A DNA stretch of 58,800 nucleotides from the IMG/VR virus record IMGVR_UViG_3300009104_000005; one strand, given 5' to 3'. The notes beneath the pieces were generated by a model, which saw only the letters and a list, made by a program, of their open reading frames with translations, ran no database searches and had not been told where the DNA came from. This document shows positions 1-9,905 of this stretch, in pieces. The translations under genes and the position numbers were made by a program. Each line of letters begins with the position of its first letter. Within the stretch, counting starts at the first letter, position 1. Source of the DNA: an uncultured virus (IMG/VR IMGVR_UViG_3300009104_000005) (taxonomy: Duplodnaviria > Heunggongvirae > Uroviricota > Caudoviricetes).

Positions 1-808
1 ACATAGTGGCTACTGGACTACGACCGTATAATTTGGAAGGACTGAACTTGGAAACATGAACAATTTCACCCTCGATATAGTATTGGGTCTTACCAGAACC
101 AGCAGTATTGATAAAATGCACATCCTGTAAATCAAGTTTGCAAACCTCACACTCCTTATCCTCTTCTGAGTACGGGTAGGTCTTATCCCTATGAACTGGA
201 CAAACCAGATACCTACCACCTCTAGTCCCTCTCTTGTCTGCTACAATCCTCATGAAAGTAGGGTCACCTCTCATTATTTCCTTGACCCTGAAAAAGTCAA
301 TCTTACCATTGTCAGGGTTGAGGAAGTATTCCTTGATGAGAACTATGAAACCATCATCTACGATATCCATGTCCCATTCGACCTCTCTCAAGACATCAGT
401 AAAGGACTGGTCCATCCCATTCCTTTGCTTGACGAACCATCGAGGGTACAATATCTGGTCTGCCTCTGGGGACTGGAAATCAGTACCACCGCATATCCTG
501 CATTCAGATATAGTATCATGCTGGTACTCCTCCTCACATTGTCCACACTTCTTGTGGAACTTTTTCTTCCAGTAATGACCCCTCCTGAATATCTCCTGAC
601 AGAGGGTGTTGATTGTGGTTCTGAGAATGATACTCTCTTGCACTGTGGCATAGAGGGCTGGTATGCTCACACCCTGAACTAGGACAGGCTCCTGTATGCC
701 AGCCTTCCAAAGAGGCATTATCGGCTCAGGAGTAGTTTTCTTTCTACGGCTACCAGTTATTCTGTCAATAAACCTAGCAACCATACCCTTGTCATCTTCA
801 CCAGCCAT
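1..808 (-). CDS. Portal protein, HK97-like (N-terminal part, runs off window edge), with two Zn-finger insertions
   Basis: Manual translation from the ATG at 808, which overlaps the upstream stop (TGATG): MAGEDDKGMVARF...QRNGMDQSFTDVLREVEWDMDIVDDGF...EGEIVHVSKFSPSKLYGRSP. The frame stays open to the edge, has portal-like 'EIVH...YGxSP' motifs and lies just downstream of terL. Not in the ORF track. Confidence 0.8.
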   Translation of the reverse strand, partial: MAGEDDKGMVARFIDRITGSRRKKTTPEPIMPLWKAGIQEPVLVQGVSIPALYATVQESIILRTTINTLCQEIFRRGHYWKKKFHKKCGQCEEEYQHDTISECRICGGTDFQSPEADQILYPRWFVKQRNGMDQSFTDVLREVEWDMDIVDDGFIVLIKEYFLNPDNGKIDFFRVKEIMRGDPTFMRIVADKRGTRGGRYLVCPVHRDKTYPYSEEDKECEVCKLDLQDVHFINTAGSGKTQYYIEGEIVHVSKFSPSKLYGRSPVATM

Positions 809-2271
809 CAGATATCACCTACCAACCTACTCATATCGTCAACAAGCCTGATGACCTCGGGGTCACTCCTACCCCACGAGAGGACCTCTTGTTCATCAAC
901 ATTCCACTCGTCAAGCATTTCATCAGACTTGACATCTTTCCAATTCTCCCACTTGACTACCTTGTAGAGTTCATCCCTACGCTTTGTAATCATATCACCA
1001 TTACGGCCTCTCAAATCAAGAAGTTGCAAAACACATTCAGCCTGCTTCTTCTTCAATCTGAGATGGGGTTTGATGCCTACCAATAATTTTCTTAAATCAT
1101 CACCACTATAGAATTGCAATCTGTGCTGGCTTCTCTTACTGTTTTCATGCACCTTCAAGTCTAACTGTAGAATACCACAATTCAGTAAATCATGTATCTG
1201 CTCACAATGAGCACGACCCCTCACCCCAGTGGCTATAATCCCTGCGCGAGGCTCACCCCGCTTCGATATAGTGATATAACCATCAGCATCCAAGAAACCT
1301 GCTGTGTATGCCCAAGGGTCCTTGATGACACTAGAAGAGTCTGTAGGTAACAATTCCCATTTATCTTGGTGCTTGGTGATATTGTACTCAAGCCCATAGG
1401 TCTTGAGTAGAGCACTCAATTTCTGAACTGAGAATGACTTATTCCTACCATCTAAATGAGACATGTTTTCCATAAGGGTTCTAGAATCCATAGCACCATT
1501 GTGAGACAACATATCTGCAGCAGTGTTCAGATAAACAGCCTCAGATTTGCTAAGACTATCTGCCTGATGTAATGTACCCCTCCACATACCCTTGGATTCC
1601 TTCCTCTTACTCATAGACTCCACCCACAAATCTCTTTGCTCATTGTCCCACTCTCCTTCCACTTGAGCAAGCCTCTTGATGACATCATTAGCATTATCCC
1701 ATTGAATACAAGCCTGTTTGAGTGACACTTCTCTATTATTGCCGAACTTTCTCAGTGCCTTCAGGTCTCGGTCACTTATACCTAGCCCTTTGATAGCATC
1801 TAAGTGCCCCGAAGTCCATGGTAAACTATCCAAAACAGAGTCAATCTCTGCCTCCTTAGCCTTTCTCACAGCACCTATTAATTGGTCGATATCCCCAGCA
1901 AACTGTTTATGCACTCGTCTTTTCATGCGTAGGTTTTTGATAAGTTCAGAGGCAGACTTTCCGAATTGGTCCTCGAACCAACCATTCACCACTTCATCTT
2001 CACTCTGCTGTATCTGACCTAATGCGAGCAACCTCTTCCGTCTAGCCTCCTCTGCAGCAGAGGTTTTCTGTGACAAGGGAGTATCGGGGGCCAATTTACC
2101 CCCTCCTTCTTTAGGGGTCTGAGGGGCGTCTCCAAACTGAGGTGCCGTTATCTCCTGTGTCTTGAATAGAGGATGCTGCATGAACTGCTTAATGACCCAA
2201 GCCCTATCAACATCAGGCTCGTCAGTATCAGCATCATAATCGTCACCGATGAGCATGCTACCCCAAGTCAT
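808..2271 (-). CDS. Multi-domain protein: helical N-terminus, probable winged helix, C-terminal LAGLIDADG endonuclease domain
   Basis: WAYTAGFLDADGYITI motif followed by a typical LAGLIDADG tail (IKPHLRLKKKQA). Start moved to 2271 because it gives an ATGA overlap with the upstream stop. Confidence 0.75.
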   Translation of the reverse strand: MTWGSMLIGDDYDADTDEPDVDRAWVIKQFMQHPLFKTQEITAPQFGDAPQTPKEGGGKLAPDTPLSQKTSAAEEARRKRLLALGQIQQSEDEVVNGWFEDQFGKSASELIKNLRMKRRVHKQFAGDIDQLIGAVRKAKEAEIDSVLDSLPWTSGHLDAIKGLGISDRDLKALRKFGNNREVSLKQACIQWDNANDVIKRLAQVEGEWDNEQRDLWVESMSKRKESKGMWRGTLHQADSLSKSEAVYLNTAADMLSHNGAMDSRTLMENMSHLDGRNKSFSVQKLSALLKTYGLEYNITKHQDKWELLPTDSSSVIKDPWAYTAGFLDADGYITISKRGEPRAGIIATGVRGRAHCEQIHDLLNCGILQLDLKVHENSKRSQHRLQFYSGDDLRKLLVGIKPHLRLKKKQAECVLQLLDLRGRNGDMITKRRDELYKVVKWENWKDVKSDEMLDEWNVDEQEVLSWGRSDPEVIRLVDDMSRLVGDI

Positions 2272-2555
2272 TCGACCCACTCTTCTCCATACTGTTGTGC
2301 ACCACACGATATACAACCAAGATTGCCTGACCCGATGGGTAGTTCAAGTATCGAATCCGACCCGCATTTCGGGCAATTCATAATTGGACCGCCCTCTGGC
2401 ATCAATGCTCGTAATGAGTTCAAATCTCGACCAGAGGCTGTTCCCTTTAACGGCCTCTTCCAACCACACATTCCACATTCACCATGCCTTAGTTGTGACT
2501 TGCATTTAGGGCATTCGTCACGCGAACGCTCTTTGAGAACACTCCACCAAGTCAA
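2268..2555 (-). CDS. Small double zinc-ribbon protein with N-terminal WWSVLK tag
   Basis: CPKC..CGMC and CPKC..CISC; ATGA overlaps on both sides. Confidence 0.7.
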   Translation of the reverse strand: MTWWSVLKERSRDECPKCKSQLRHGECGMCGWKRPLKGTASGRDLNSLRALMPEGGPIMNCPKCGSDSILELPIGSGNLGCISCGAQQYGEEWVE

Positions 2556-3949
2556 TCTATCAACCCCGCCATTAGGTCGTCCAAATCTATAATCCTCTCA
2601 CGGAATTCAGTAGTAGCCCAGACAGCCAGAGCCAAGGCTATGGCAAAGTCATCGTGCCGAGCGATACTCTCCAACTTACCTTCTCTGCTCATTCCAAACA
2701 TGATAAGTTCGTGCTCCAATTGGCTGATGAGGTCTCGAGACCTCTCATCACCCCATGGCAGACGCATCTGCTCGCGTTCAAAGCGCAGAACTAATCCCAT
2801 AAGAAGACTCTCCCTCCTTTGCTTGGTACTGATGAATGTCTTGATAGGAAGGTCAGTGTCCGCCCTCAATTCTGTAGCGAACACTCGCTGGAAATGGTTA
2901 GCCTCGAGTTCTATCACCTCAGGTCGGAATCTACTGTTGAGCCTCGTAATCTCAAAAATCTGAGTACGGAAATCCATACCCTTGCGTCTCACAACATGAA
3001 CCAATTCCAGTAACTCAGGGTTATCTGCTGGTCTTCGTAAAACTAGCATCACAGTGAAATCAGCCTGTCGGTCAGAGGATATGGCTGGGTCCCAACCGAT
3101 GAAATACTGGTCATCGCTGTCTGGGTCCTTCCTGTCTATGATATTGAGATACGGGTCCTTACAGGCATTGACAATAGTAGAAGGGAACAGGCTAGACATA
3201 TCGTCCATAGGTTCACAGAGATACTCACGAGTGAATGCTATGGCTGGCATATCCATTCTTCGAGCATCCAAAGCCTCTAATGACCAGCGCCATGGCCAAA
3301 GCGGCTCCCCCTTCTCATTGATGGCTGGATATGTCTCGACTAGGTAACCCTCTCTCCTCTCAAGTTCAGTATACAGGTCAGTAGGTGTGAATGGTGTGCC
3401 GACTATACACAACTGGGAAGTGTGGTGAACTGTAGGTACTAGTACTTCATAGAACCAAGAAGCCACTCTTTGCAATTCAGTCTCTGTAGTTCCCCACAAT
3501 ATGTCATCTAGTAGAACCAAGTCAGGGTGAGCACCACGAACACCACCCCCCACTGACTTGGCATTGATACGAGAGCCATTAGTGAACCCGAAGAATGTCT
3601 TTGACCAAGAGTCCTTGTCCTTCATCTTGGCTAACATGGGGCTGGAATCTATCAGGTCATTGAGATTCCTCATATGACGGATGGACTGGTCTAGACTGTG
3701 GCTGAATATCATAGTATCCAGTCTAGGGGTGAATATGACTTTCCACAACAAATAGCCTAGAAACAAAGTAGATTTACCGTGGTCACGGGCCGCTTTCACA
3801 CAGTATCTGTTGTGGGTGTTTAAGTTGTGAAACCAATCAGCATGGTGGTCAGCCAACTGCCAACCCAATATTTCCTCAAAGAAGAACTTGAAGTCTCTCT
3901 TGGACATCTCCCAATCAATGTCCTCAATAACATCTGTAACTTCAGCCAT
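2552..3949 (-). CDS. terL: Terminase large subunit
   Basis: Walker A AARDHGKST, Walker B LVLLDD, GTP coupling motif, RuvC-like nuclease IGWDPA, ELEAN and HDDFAIAL. Likely start at ATG 3949 after GAGAGTGAG. Confidence 0.95.
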   Translation of the reverse strand: MAEVTDVIEDIDWEMSKRDFKFFFEEILGWQLADHHADWFHNLNTHNRYCVKAARDHGKSTLFLGYLLWKVIFTPRLDTMIFSHSLDQSIRHMRNLNDLIDSSPMLAKMKDKDSWSKTFFGFTNGSRINAKSVGGGVRGAHPDLVLLDDILWGTTETELQRVASWFYEVLVPTVHHTSQLCIVGTPFTPTDLYTELERREGYLVETYPAINEKGEPLWPWRWSLEALDARRMDMPAIAFTREYLCEPMDDMSSLFPSTIVNACKDPYLNIIDRKDPDSDDQYFIGWDPAISSDRQADFTVMLVLRRPADNPELLELVHVVRRKGMDFRTQIFEITRLNSRFRPEVIELEANHFQRVFATELRADTDLPIKTFISTKQRRESLLMGLVLRFEREQMRLPWGDERSRDLISQLEHELIMFGMSREGKLESIARHDDFAIALALAVWATTEFRERIIDLDDLMAGLID

Positions 3950-3953
3950 TAAC

Positions 3954-5324
3954 TCACTCTCCAATCTTGAGTAGAGCCCAAGCACTTTCCAATGGTTGGA
4001 TTTGGTGTAGAGACGCTCTCACTTCATGTAAACCACCTAAGTCAGAAGTGTCACTTGAGCCTGCTGCTTGGGCGGTATCATCCTTCTTCTTACCACGCTT
4101 CTTACTACCCCTCTTTGGTTTGTCTGGAGAGTCTGGAATGAACTCAAAGTCATCTGGTATATTCTCTTCATCAAAACCAGGGTGACTGCGTAGCCAAGCA
4201 ACTACTTCCTTTTGACTCATTTTGTCTAAAGAGGGCCCCATGTACTTCTCGGCATAGTGAGCGTCTTTCCCTCTGAACATATGGTCAGTTAACCAGTCAC
4301 GATGAGTTATCGTCCCTGACTCTGGAGGTTCAACATCGAATGTCCTACCCTTCCAGTGGCCTTTTAGTTTATCATGATACTTACCAACACTCTTTAGATT
4401 TGATATCCCACTGAAATCTTGGTCCTCCACTTCTTTGGAATCTTGGCCATCTACGATTGCACCTTGATGGTCCCCACTTTCGTGTGTCCTCTCTCGCCCC
4501 CCGTCTGTATCAAGGCTGGAAGCACCACCACCATCACCACCATCACCACCATCACCATCAGTAGTATTAGCAGCAGCATCATCATCATCACTACCAGCAG
4601 CACCATCCACCAACGATGACACCTTTGTACGCCTCATCTCACTAGGATGCCTTAGACCAAGTTTGGTTCGAGCAACATCTTCTATCATACCAGGACTCAT
4701 AGTAGCATAGTAGTTTTTCAAATAATCCCATTCACTTGGGGTAATTTGACCATTATTATTCAACTTGTTCTGTAGGAAAGTCGCTCTCCCTGATGCAGTT
4801 GGTTTGCCTGTGAGAGGGGGAGGGCCTGTAGTGAATTTCTCCTTTAGACCTCTCCAATTCCAGTACCGAGGGTCAAGAGGTCTACGAACCTCTTCAAAGC
4901 CACCACTTAGGTGCTCCTGTCTTGTGACATTCTTCCTTTTCTGGTCAGCAGCAGTAGTGTCTTTCTTTCTACCAATAAAGAGTTCAGGTCGTCTCTGCTC
5001 CAATAACTGCCTAGCATCTATGTCTGCAACTCCAGGGACAATAGTCAATGTTGGGGCAGGGGGCTCAACACCAGTAAACTGGCGAGTTCTCTGACCTTCT
5101 AGGTACCTATCCCAAGCCTCCTTAGCAGCCCTCTGCTGTGCTTTGTAAGACCGAATCCTCTGCTTGGTACCTTCATCAAAGAACCTATCTCTGAATCTCT
5201 GTCTTGCTAAAGGAGGCTGGTCTACTATTGTCTGTGCTGAACCTACTCCACTATCTCCTGCTACCCCAGGTATGTATCCTTGGTAGTCCTTTAGCACCTT
5301 CCAGGCCTGTTCAAAATCTATCAT
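3954..5324 (-). CDS. Hypothetical virion-associated protein, WxxLK tag at both termini, Gly/Asp low-complexity linker
   Basis: N-terminus FEQAWKVLKD, C-terminus LESAWALLKIGE; coupled with neighbouring genes. Confidence 0.75.
   Translation of the reverse strand: MIDFEQAWKVLKDYQGYIPGVAGDSGVGSAQTIVDQPPLARQRFRDRFFDEGTKQRIRSYKAQQRAAKEAWDRYLEGQRTRQFTGVEPPAPTLTIVPGVADIDARQLLEQRRPELFIGRKKDTTAADQKRKNVTRQEHLSGGFEEVRRPLDPRYWNWRGLKEKFTTGPPPLTGKPTASGRATFLQNKLNNNGQITPSEWDYLKNYYATMSPGMIEDVARTKLGLRHPSEMRRTKVSSLVDGAAGSDDDDAAANTTDGDGGDGGDGGGASSLDTDGGRERTHESGDHQGAIVDGQDSKEVEDQDFSGISNLKSVGKYHDKLKGHWKGRTFDVEPPESGTITHRDWLTDHMFRGKDAHYAEKYMGPSLDKMSQKEVVAWLRSHPGFDEENIPDDFEFIPDSPDKPKRGSKKRGKKKDDTAQAAGSSDTSDLGGLHEVRASLHQIQPLESAWALLKIGE
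4524..4605. repeat. Coding trinucleotide/9-mer low-complexity repeat (GDGGDGGDGG, AAGSDDDDAAA)
   Basis: accaccatc / gca / tca runs on the + strand. Confidence 0.7.
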
Positions 5325-6889
5325 ATCTCAGACCTCCTGATGATATTAGAACCCGGAGGCCGTATTATAGAGTCTGATATTGGTTGTTGAATGACACCAA
5401 CCTGCCCACCTGGAGTTACACCGCCACCACCACCTTCTGCAAACTCTGCTCTTGCTGGGGTAGTACTAGGCATCTGCCTAAACTTCGCCCCCATATCATC
5501 GGTGGATTTGATGTCTTTGATTTCATCAGGATGTACGGGGGAGATACTTGGAAAATGTGCTGCCATTTGCTGTTTCAGAGGGTGGTCCATGTCGTTCCCC
5601 TCTCTAGCCGAAAGTAGACTAGCGTAAAGTGCCCTAGACAGGGGCTTTCTAGATTCATCATGTCCTGCCATATCAAGTAGTAAGTGTTCAGCATTCAAAT
5701 CGAAATCTCTCTTCCTCTGCGCTTCAATGGAGCCATCTGGGACCCTATTTGAAGGTATGTTGAGGTCAGCAAGTAGAGTATTGAGCCTACTTAACAATCC
5801 GCTACCTTTAGACCTACTAGGTCTAGCGTCACGACTTGATGCATCAGCGAATCCCCTGAACTGGTCAGCGAGTAACTCACCTATGGCAGTTCCAGCCAAA
5901 TCTTGTATGAGTTGAGGTCTGACAGTCAACTTCCCTTGAGCATCGGTGAAACCATCAGCCAAGATATGGGCTCTCTCTTTAATTGCCCTGGCTTGAAATC
6001 TACCTTGGTCGAAGAAAATAGGGTGCAAGGAAAGTAGGGCTCTCAATATATGATACCCATTACCATCAAGTCCTCTATGCTGCTTCTGGTCCCTGGGTAT
6101 CCCACTACCATGTAAGATGTTGCTGGGGTCTTCAGAACTATGTGCTCTAGTGAGAGGGTGGAGAGGCCCTTGCCCACTTATATCCTCCACCTTGACATAT
6201 GGATTGATAATCGCACCACGCAAAGCACGATGAGGGCGATGTATCCCGCGTTCCCTTAGAACCTGCTCAAACTCATGATGGGGGTGGAATTCATCTCCTT
6301 CAATTATCTCACCAATATCAGGGTTGTCTCTATTGCTCAAAGTCTTGGTAGAAAGAACCCACTTACCATTCACTTTCACCTTAGTTAACCTGTTAGCAGG
6401 ATGAACACGCTGAGCCCCTTTACCTGGAGCAACATCCAGAACCATATTACCTTGTGAGTCAAGAATTGGATGTTTCTGGAAATGTTCACTATAATGTGAT
6501 TGCTTGTACTCTGGGTTCAGACCGGGTCTCCCATCTTCATGATACGGCATGGGCAAACGGTGAATATCACCAGGGTGCCTTTTGTCATTGAATCGCTTAG
6601 TGGCTTCATTTATCAACTTCCGAGCCAACATTTGGGCTTCCCCTACATCGTTAGTGTAATTTGGATTTTTCAATATTCCTCGGGCCAACTCACGCATAAG
6701 ACCATCATATGCTGAGTAGACCTTGTACCTGTTAGGGTCAAAATGTGTCCCAGTACGAGGGTCTATGTGATGTGGGTCGATATCAGGAGTGTTAAGTCCC
6801 AAATCTTCCAACTCTTGCCGACTAAGCATATGATGACCATCAATCCATACCCCCCTACCCTTCAGGAAAATTATTGGCTCTAACATCAC
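5321..6889 (-). CDS. Hypothetical protein (His-rich, likely virion-associated)
   Basis: 522-aa ORF with 4-nt overlaps with both neighbours. Confidence 0.75.
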   Translation of the reverse strand: MMLEPIIFLKGRGVWIDGHHMLSRQELEDLGLNTPDIDPHHIDPRTGTHFDPNRYKVYSAYDGLMRELARGILKNPNYTNDVGEAQMLARKLINEATKRFNDKRHPGDIHRLPMPYHEDGRPGLNPEYKQSHYSEHFQKHPILDSQGNMVLDVAPGKGAQRVHPANRLTKVKVNGKWVLSTKTLSNRDNPDIGEIIEGDEFHPHHEFEQVLRERGIHRPHRALRGAIINPYVKVEDISGQGPLHPLTRAHSSEDPSNILHGSGIPRDQKQHRGLDGNGYHILRALLSLHPIFFDQGRFQARAIKERAHILADGFTDAQGKLTVRPQLIQDLAGTAIGELLADQFRGFADASSRDARPSRSKGSGLLSRLNTLLADLNIPSNRVPDGSIEAQRKRDFDLNAEHLLLDMAGHDESRKPLSRALYASLLSAREGNDMDHPLKQQMAAHFPSISPVHPDEIKDIKSTDDMGAKFRQMPSTTPARAEFAEGGGGGVTPGGQVGVIQQPISDSIIRPPGSNIIRRSEI

Positions 6890-8196
6890 TGATGCCCTCT
6901 CCTAGGTGATAGTAAGCCAATTGGGTGAGCACCCCAATATCTGGGGTCATCATCAGGGTCTATTGAAGTAGCCCCAGTGGGTGAGGAAGTGGTCTTTCTG
7001 TGAGCATTGGGTGTAGGTCTTTCATCATCATGTTCAGAATCTTCTAAACCAGATTTTCTGAAAGAGCCTCTTCTCAACATTCTCCTCAATTCTCGAACTA
7101 ACATCTTGAATTCATTCAAATCTGCCGCAGTCAAATTACCTTTCAACATCATACCGTCCAAATAAGATGACATGTCATCATAAGAGGAAGCAATTGGAGA
7201 AGCGATTGGAGAAGCAATTGGAGAAGCAGTTATCTGTGGTACTGTACTAGACAAGGCTTGCATACCCCCCTTCACTTGAGGCTGTTTCGGCCCTCTTAGG
7301 ATAGTAGGACCATGTAGAGCAGAATTACGCTGACTACCCTTGTTGAGACTAGCAAAGGTGTTACCAGACCCAGTCCCTAGACTACCACCAGCACCATATG
7401 GAGTAGGGATAGTGTAAGGGAGTGCAGTCACTCCCATTCTAGATGCTTGACTTCTATGAGTTTTCTGAAGTCTCTTCTGAGGATTAGCCTGCATCCAAAG
7501 CAAGTTCTTACCAGAACGGTGTCTGCTCCTAGTTAGTACTGGGTTCTTAGGCAATCCCTTGGTAGTTCGAGTCCTCTTACTAATCCCGAATCTGTATCTA
7601 GTGGCTCTATCAGGGTGTCTAGTACCGTGTACATTCAGGGATGTCTTTGAGTTGTTACGAGACTGGATAACATCTAATCCCATCTTCTTCCGCTTCTTAG
7701 TGGTTTTCTTATGTCTATCCGTCTGCAACCTATTCTCTATGGTCTTGATACCACTTCTAGTCCTGGACAACTCTCTCTTCTCTATAATGTCACCAGAGAT
7801 ATCAAGTGGTAACCCAGTCATGATATTCGGGCCCCCCATAGCAGAACCACCACCAGTCTTAGCACCACTCGCAACATCTACAGGATAACCAGTACTGCTT
7901 ACTGGTCCAGTCATCTCTGAGAGTTCCTCATCGTTTCTTTGGTTATCCCCTCGAGCACGCCGCTTCTTAGGTATCTTCACATTGAGATGGTGCAAACCAT
8001 GTATCTTCTTCTCACGAATTTCCTTCTCCTTTCTCCGCTTCTCTTCAAATAATTCCTTCCCTTCAGGGTCATCTCTACCTAGATTGCGGTCCTCTTCTGC
8101 GAATTCAGGGGCCTCCCTAGGATTAAATCTGAGACCAGAAGTAGAGCCTCTCAGCCCTCCTCCGACATCCTTGATGACTCTTATCTTACCACCCAT
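6886..8196 (-). CDS. Basic, low-complexity hypothetical protein
   Basis: 436-aa ORF rich in K/R/G/S, in a coupled gene run. Confidence 0.7.
   Translation of the reverse strand: MGGKIRVIKDVGGGLRGSTSGLRFNPREAPEFAEEDRNLGRDDPEGKELFEEKRRKEKEIREKKIHGLHHLNVKIPKKRRARGDNQRNDEELSEMTGPVSSTGYPVDVASGAKTGGGSAMGGPNIMTGLPLDISGDIIEKRELSRTRSGIKTIENRLQTDRHKKTTKKRKKMGLDVIQSRNNSKTSLNVHGTRHPDRATRYRFGISKRTRTTKGLPKNPVLTRSRHRSGKNLLWMQANPQKRLQKTHRSQASRMGVTALPYTIPTPYGAGGSLGTGSGNTFASLNKGSQRNSALHGPTILRGPKQPQVKGGMQALSSTVPQITASPIASPIASPIASSYDDMSSYLDGMMLKGNLTAADLNEFKMLVRELRRMLRRGSFRKSGLEDSEHDDERPTPNAHRKTTSSPTGATSIDPDDDPRYWGAHPIGLLSPRRGHQ
7187..7228. repeat. 12-bp tandem repeat x3.5 (gaagcaattgga), encodes ASPI repeats
   Basis: gaagcaattgga-gaagcgattgga-gaagcaattgga-gaagca. 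Confidence 0.85.
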
Positions 8197-8632
8197 GACT
8201 ACCCTCTATTATACACTCTGCAGTTAACTTGACTCTACTACTGATATTGAAATAAAATTCTCGCAACTCTCTAGGGCCCATGAAAGCAGCAGCGAACGAA
8301 TTCATCAACTCGTCAAATTCATCTATCAACTCACCCAATTTAATCCTAGCATCAAAAGTAGAAGGGGAGTCATCTTCAGAAACATCCTTGAAACACTCTT
8401 GTAATCGCTTTATGATGTCTGCATGGGTTCGATAACTCTCGTAAATGCCTGGATTCATACTCCCTATTGCATCATACCATCGGTCAATAACATCATCCAG
8501 AAGAGTTAGGAAAAGAGGTAATTCTCTTCGGTGTACAGGCCTAATCTCACGAAGAAGTGATGACATTCTCACATCGCCACACATGAGAGTGTTTACTGGC
8601 ACTTGAGAGTTGCCACCTAATTCAATGCTCAT
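8186..8632 (-). CDS. Hypothetical helical protein
   Basis: 148-aa ORF overlapping both neighbours. Confidence 0.7.
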   Translation of the reverse strand: MSIELGGNSQVPVNTLMCGDVRMSSLLREIRPVHRRELPLFLTLLDDVIDRWYDAIGSMNPGIYESYRTHADIIKRLQECFKDVSEDDSPSTFDARIKLGELIDEFDELMNSFAAAFMGPRELREFYFNISSRVKLTAECIIEGSHGW

Positions 8633-9311
8633 CTATTTCCACCACCTCGTCCTCTTGGAGTAACTTATTACGAATCCTCTTCCAAACCTCAGGTGACTCT
8701 TTGGCGAGTTCTACCTTGAGTATATTCACAGTGTCAGCCTGAATAGTCTGTTGGACATCTCCTATGGTCTTCTCTTGGAGTCTCATCATTAATCCCAAAG
8801 TCTCCCTAACCTCTCTATGTAAAGTAGTGATGTTCTTCACATAGGCAGGGTCATTACGGTCAGCATCATCCAAGAAGACCCCCAACTCACCATTCAACCT
8901 CTCAACATTTCCTCTAAGGTTCTCCATCTCTTCTCCTGTTCGGATTGCTATAAGAGGGGCCGCTGTCTTCTGAACTAGTGGTTTAAGATGGTGTCGAATG
9001 TGATGATATACTGTGGATTCGCTACAACCAACTAACTCGGCTATAGCATCACTGGTCATACCACCCTGGAAATAAGCACCCTCAAACTCATGTCTTTCTG
9101 GGTGGGTACATACTACACAATCACTGTTCGAGCCCATGTGATACTCTCCCATATGATTCCGGAAATGGCGGTCTGAAGTGCCCTCACGCCAGTTCTTATC
9201 CTTATCCAATTGCTTGGGGATTACACTACCTTGGAGCAGTCCTTCTTCTAGCAAATCCCTATCAGTATCTTGACAAAGCCGGCAAGAGGACCTAGTAACG
9301 CGTTCGCCCAT
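8622..9311 (-). CDS. Putative terminase small subunit: tandem Zn/HTH domains plus coiled coil
   Basis: Duplicated CxxC...HxxxH units (CRLC..RHFRNH; CVVCTHPER..SESTVYHHIRHH), an HTH and a C-terminal coiled coil. First gene of the run leading to terL and portal. Confidence 0.5.
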   Translation of the reverse strand: MGERVTRSSCRLCQDTDRDLLEEGLLQGSVIPKQLDKDKNWREGTSDRHFRNHMGEYHMGSNSDCVVCTHPERHEFEGAYFQGGMTSDAIAELVGCSESTVYHHIRHHLKPLVQKTAAPLIAIRTGEEMENLRGNVERLNGELGVFLDDADRNDPAYVKNITTLHREVRETLGLMMRLQEKTIGDVQQTIQADTVNILKVELAKESPEVWKRIRNKLLQEDEVVEIDEH

Positions 9312-9328
9312 CTAGTTACCGGATGGGG

Positions 9329-9348
9329 GAAAGCCTCTAAGCCCTTTC
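9329..9348. promoter_or_regulatory. Putative bidirectional BRE/TATA-like promoter
   Basis: Dyad gaaag-cctctaagcc-ctttc centred about 27 nt from both divergent start codons (9311 minus, 9365 plus). Confidence 0.5.
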
Positions 9349-9364
9349 TATCAGTCCACACTTC

Positions 9365-9682
9365 GTGCGAGGTCTAAAGAGGGCTCCCAAGACAGCGACA
9401 CATAAGGCTGCAACCGAGTCGCAGAAGCCCTCTTGGGCCTCCACAATTTCAGACTTGAGCAAGGCTGCTAAGGACATCATAAACGCTAACCATGTGACCA
9501 GTGAAGAACAGAACAGGAGACTGTTGATTTGTGCCCCTTGTGAACACAAGATAGGGACTCGTTGTAATCTCTGTCGTTGCTTCCTCAATTACAAGACTAA
9601 ACTCACGAATAGTGAGTGCCCAATAGGGAAGTGGTCAGCCTCTGTCGGAGAGCCTGCGGTAGACGGCTCCAGTCATCAGTAG
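9365..9682 (+). CDS. DUF6171-like Cys-rich small protein
   Basis: RRLLICAPCEH..RCNLCRCFLNYKTKL..ECPIGKW pattern. Confidence 0.7.
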   Translation: MRGLKRAPKTATHKAATESQKPSWASTISDLSKAAKDIINANHVTSEEQNRRLLICAPCEHKIGTRCNLCRCFLNYKTKLTNSECPIGKWSASVGEPAVDGSSHQ

Positions 9683-9832
9683 ACTGGTAAATAGAATCGC
9701 CATCGAATAAGTGAGTTCGGTCTGCTTCATATCGTTAGCATTGAAGGCTATCATCAGGAATGCACCTAGAGTGATACTGATAACTTGCACCATTATCATA
9801 TCAATCAAGGACGATTTCTTCACATTGGCCAT
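9635..9832 (-). CDS. Small two-TM membrane protein (holin-like size)
   Basis: Two hydrophobic stretches and a basic C-terminus. Start chosen at MANVKK with TTTATT about 35 nt upstream. Confidence 0.6.
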   Translation of the reverse strand: MANVKKSSLIDMIMVQVISITLGAFLMIAFNANDMKQTELTYSMAILFTSLLMTGAVYRRLSDRG

Positions 9833-9905
9833 ATCATGTATCCCATAAAGGACACTGTCCAATGGAATAAACTGCATGGGGTTCATACTAGAGGCTTTCA
9901 TTTAA

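Noticed and set aside
10..682. ORF-track calls at 10-219, 191-682, 234-575 and 388-651
   Set aside because: They are shadows of the portal frame, which is open from 808 to the window edge.
3270..3280. aaagcctctaa copy matching the 9330 promoter element
   Set aside because: It lies inside terL coding sequence (LEAL codons) and is probably a chance match.
808..3949. Intein or intron interpretation of the LAGLIDADG gene
   Set aside because: No intein N/C-terminal signatures (C...HN); the flanking terL and portal genes look complete and separately initiated.
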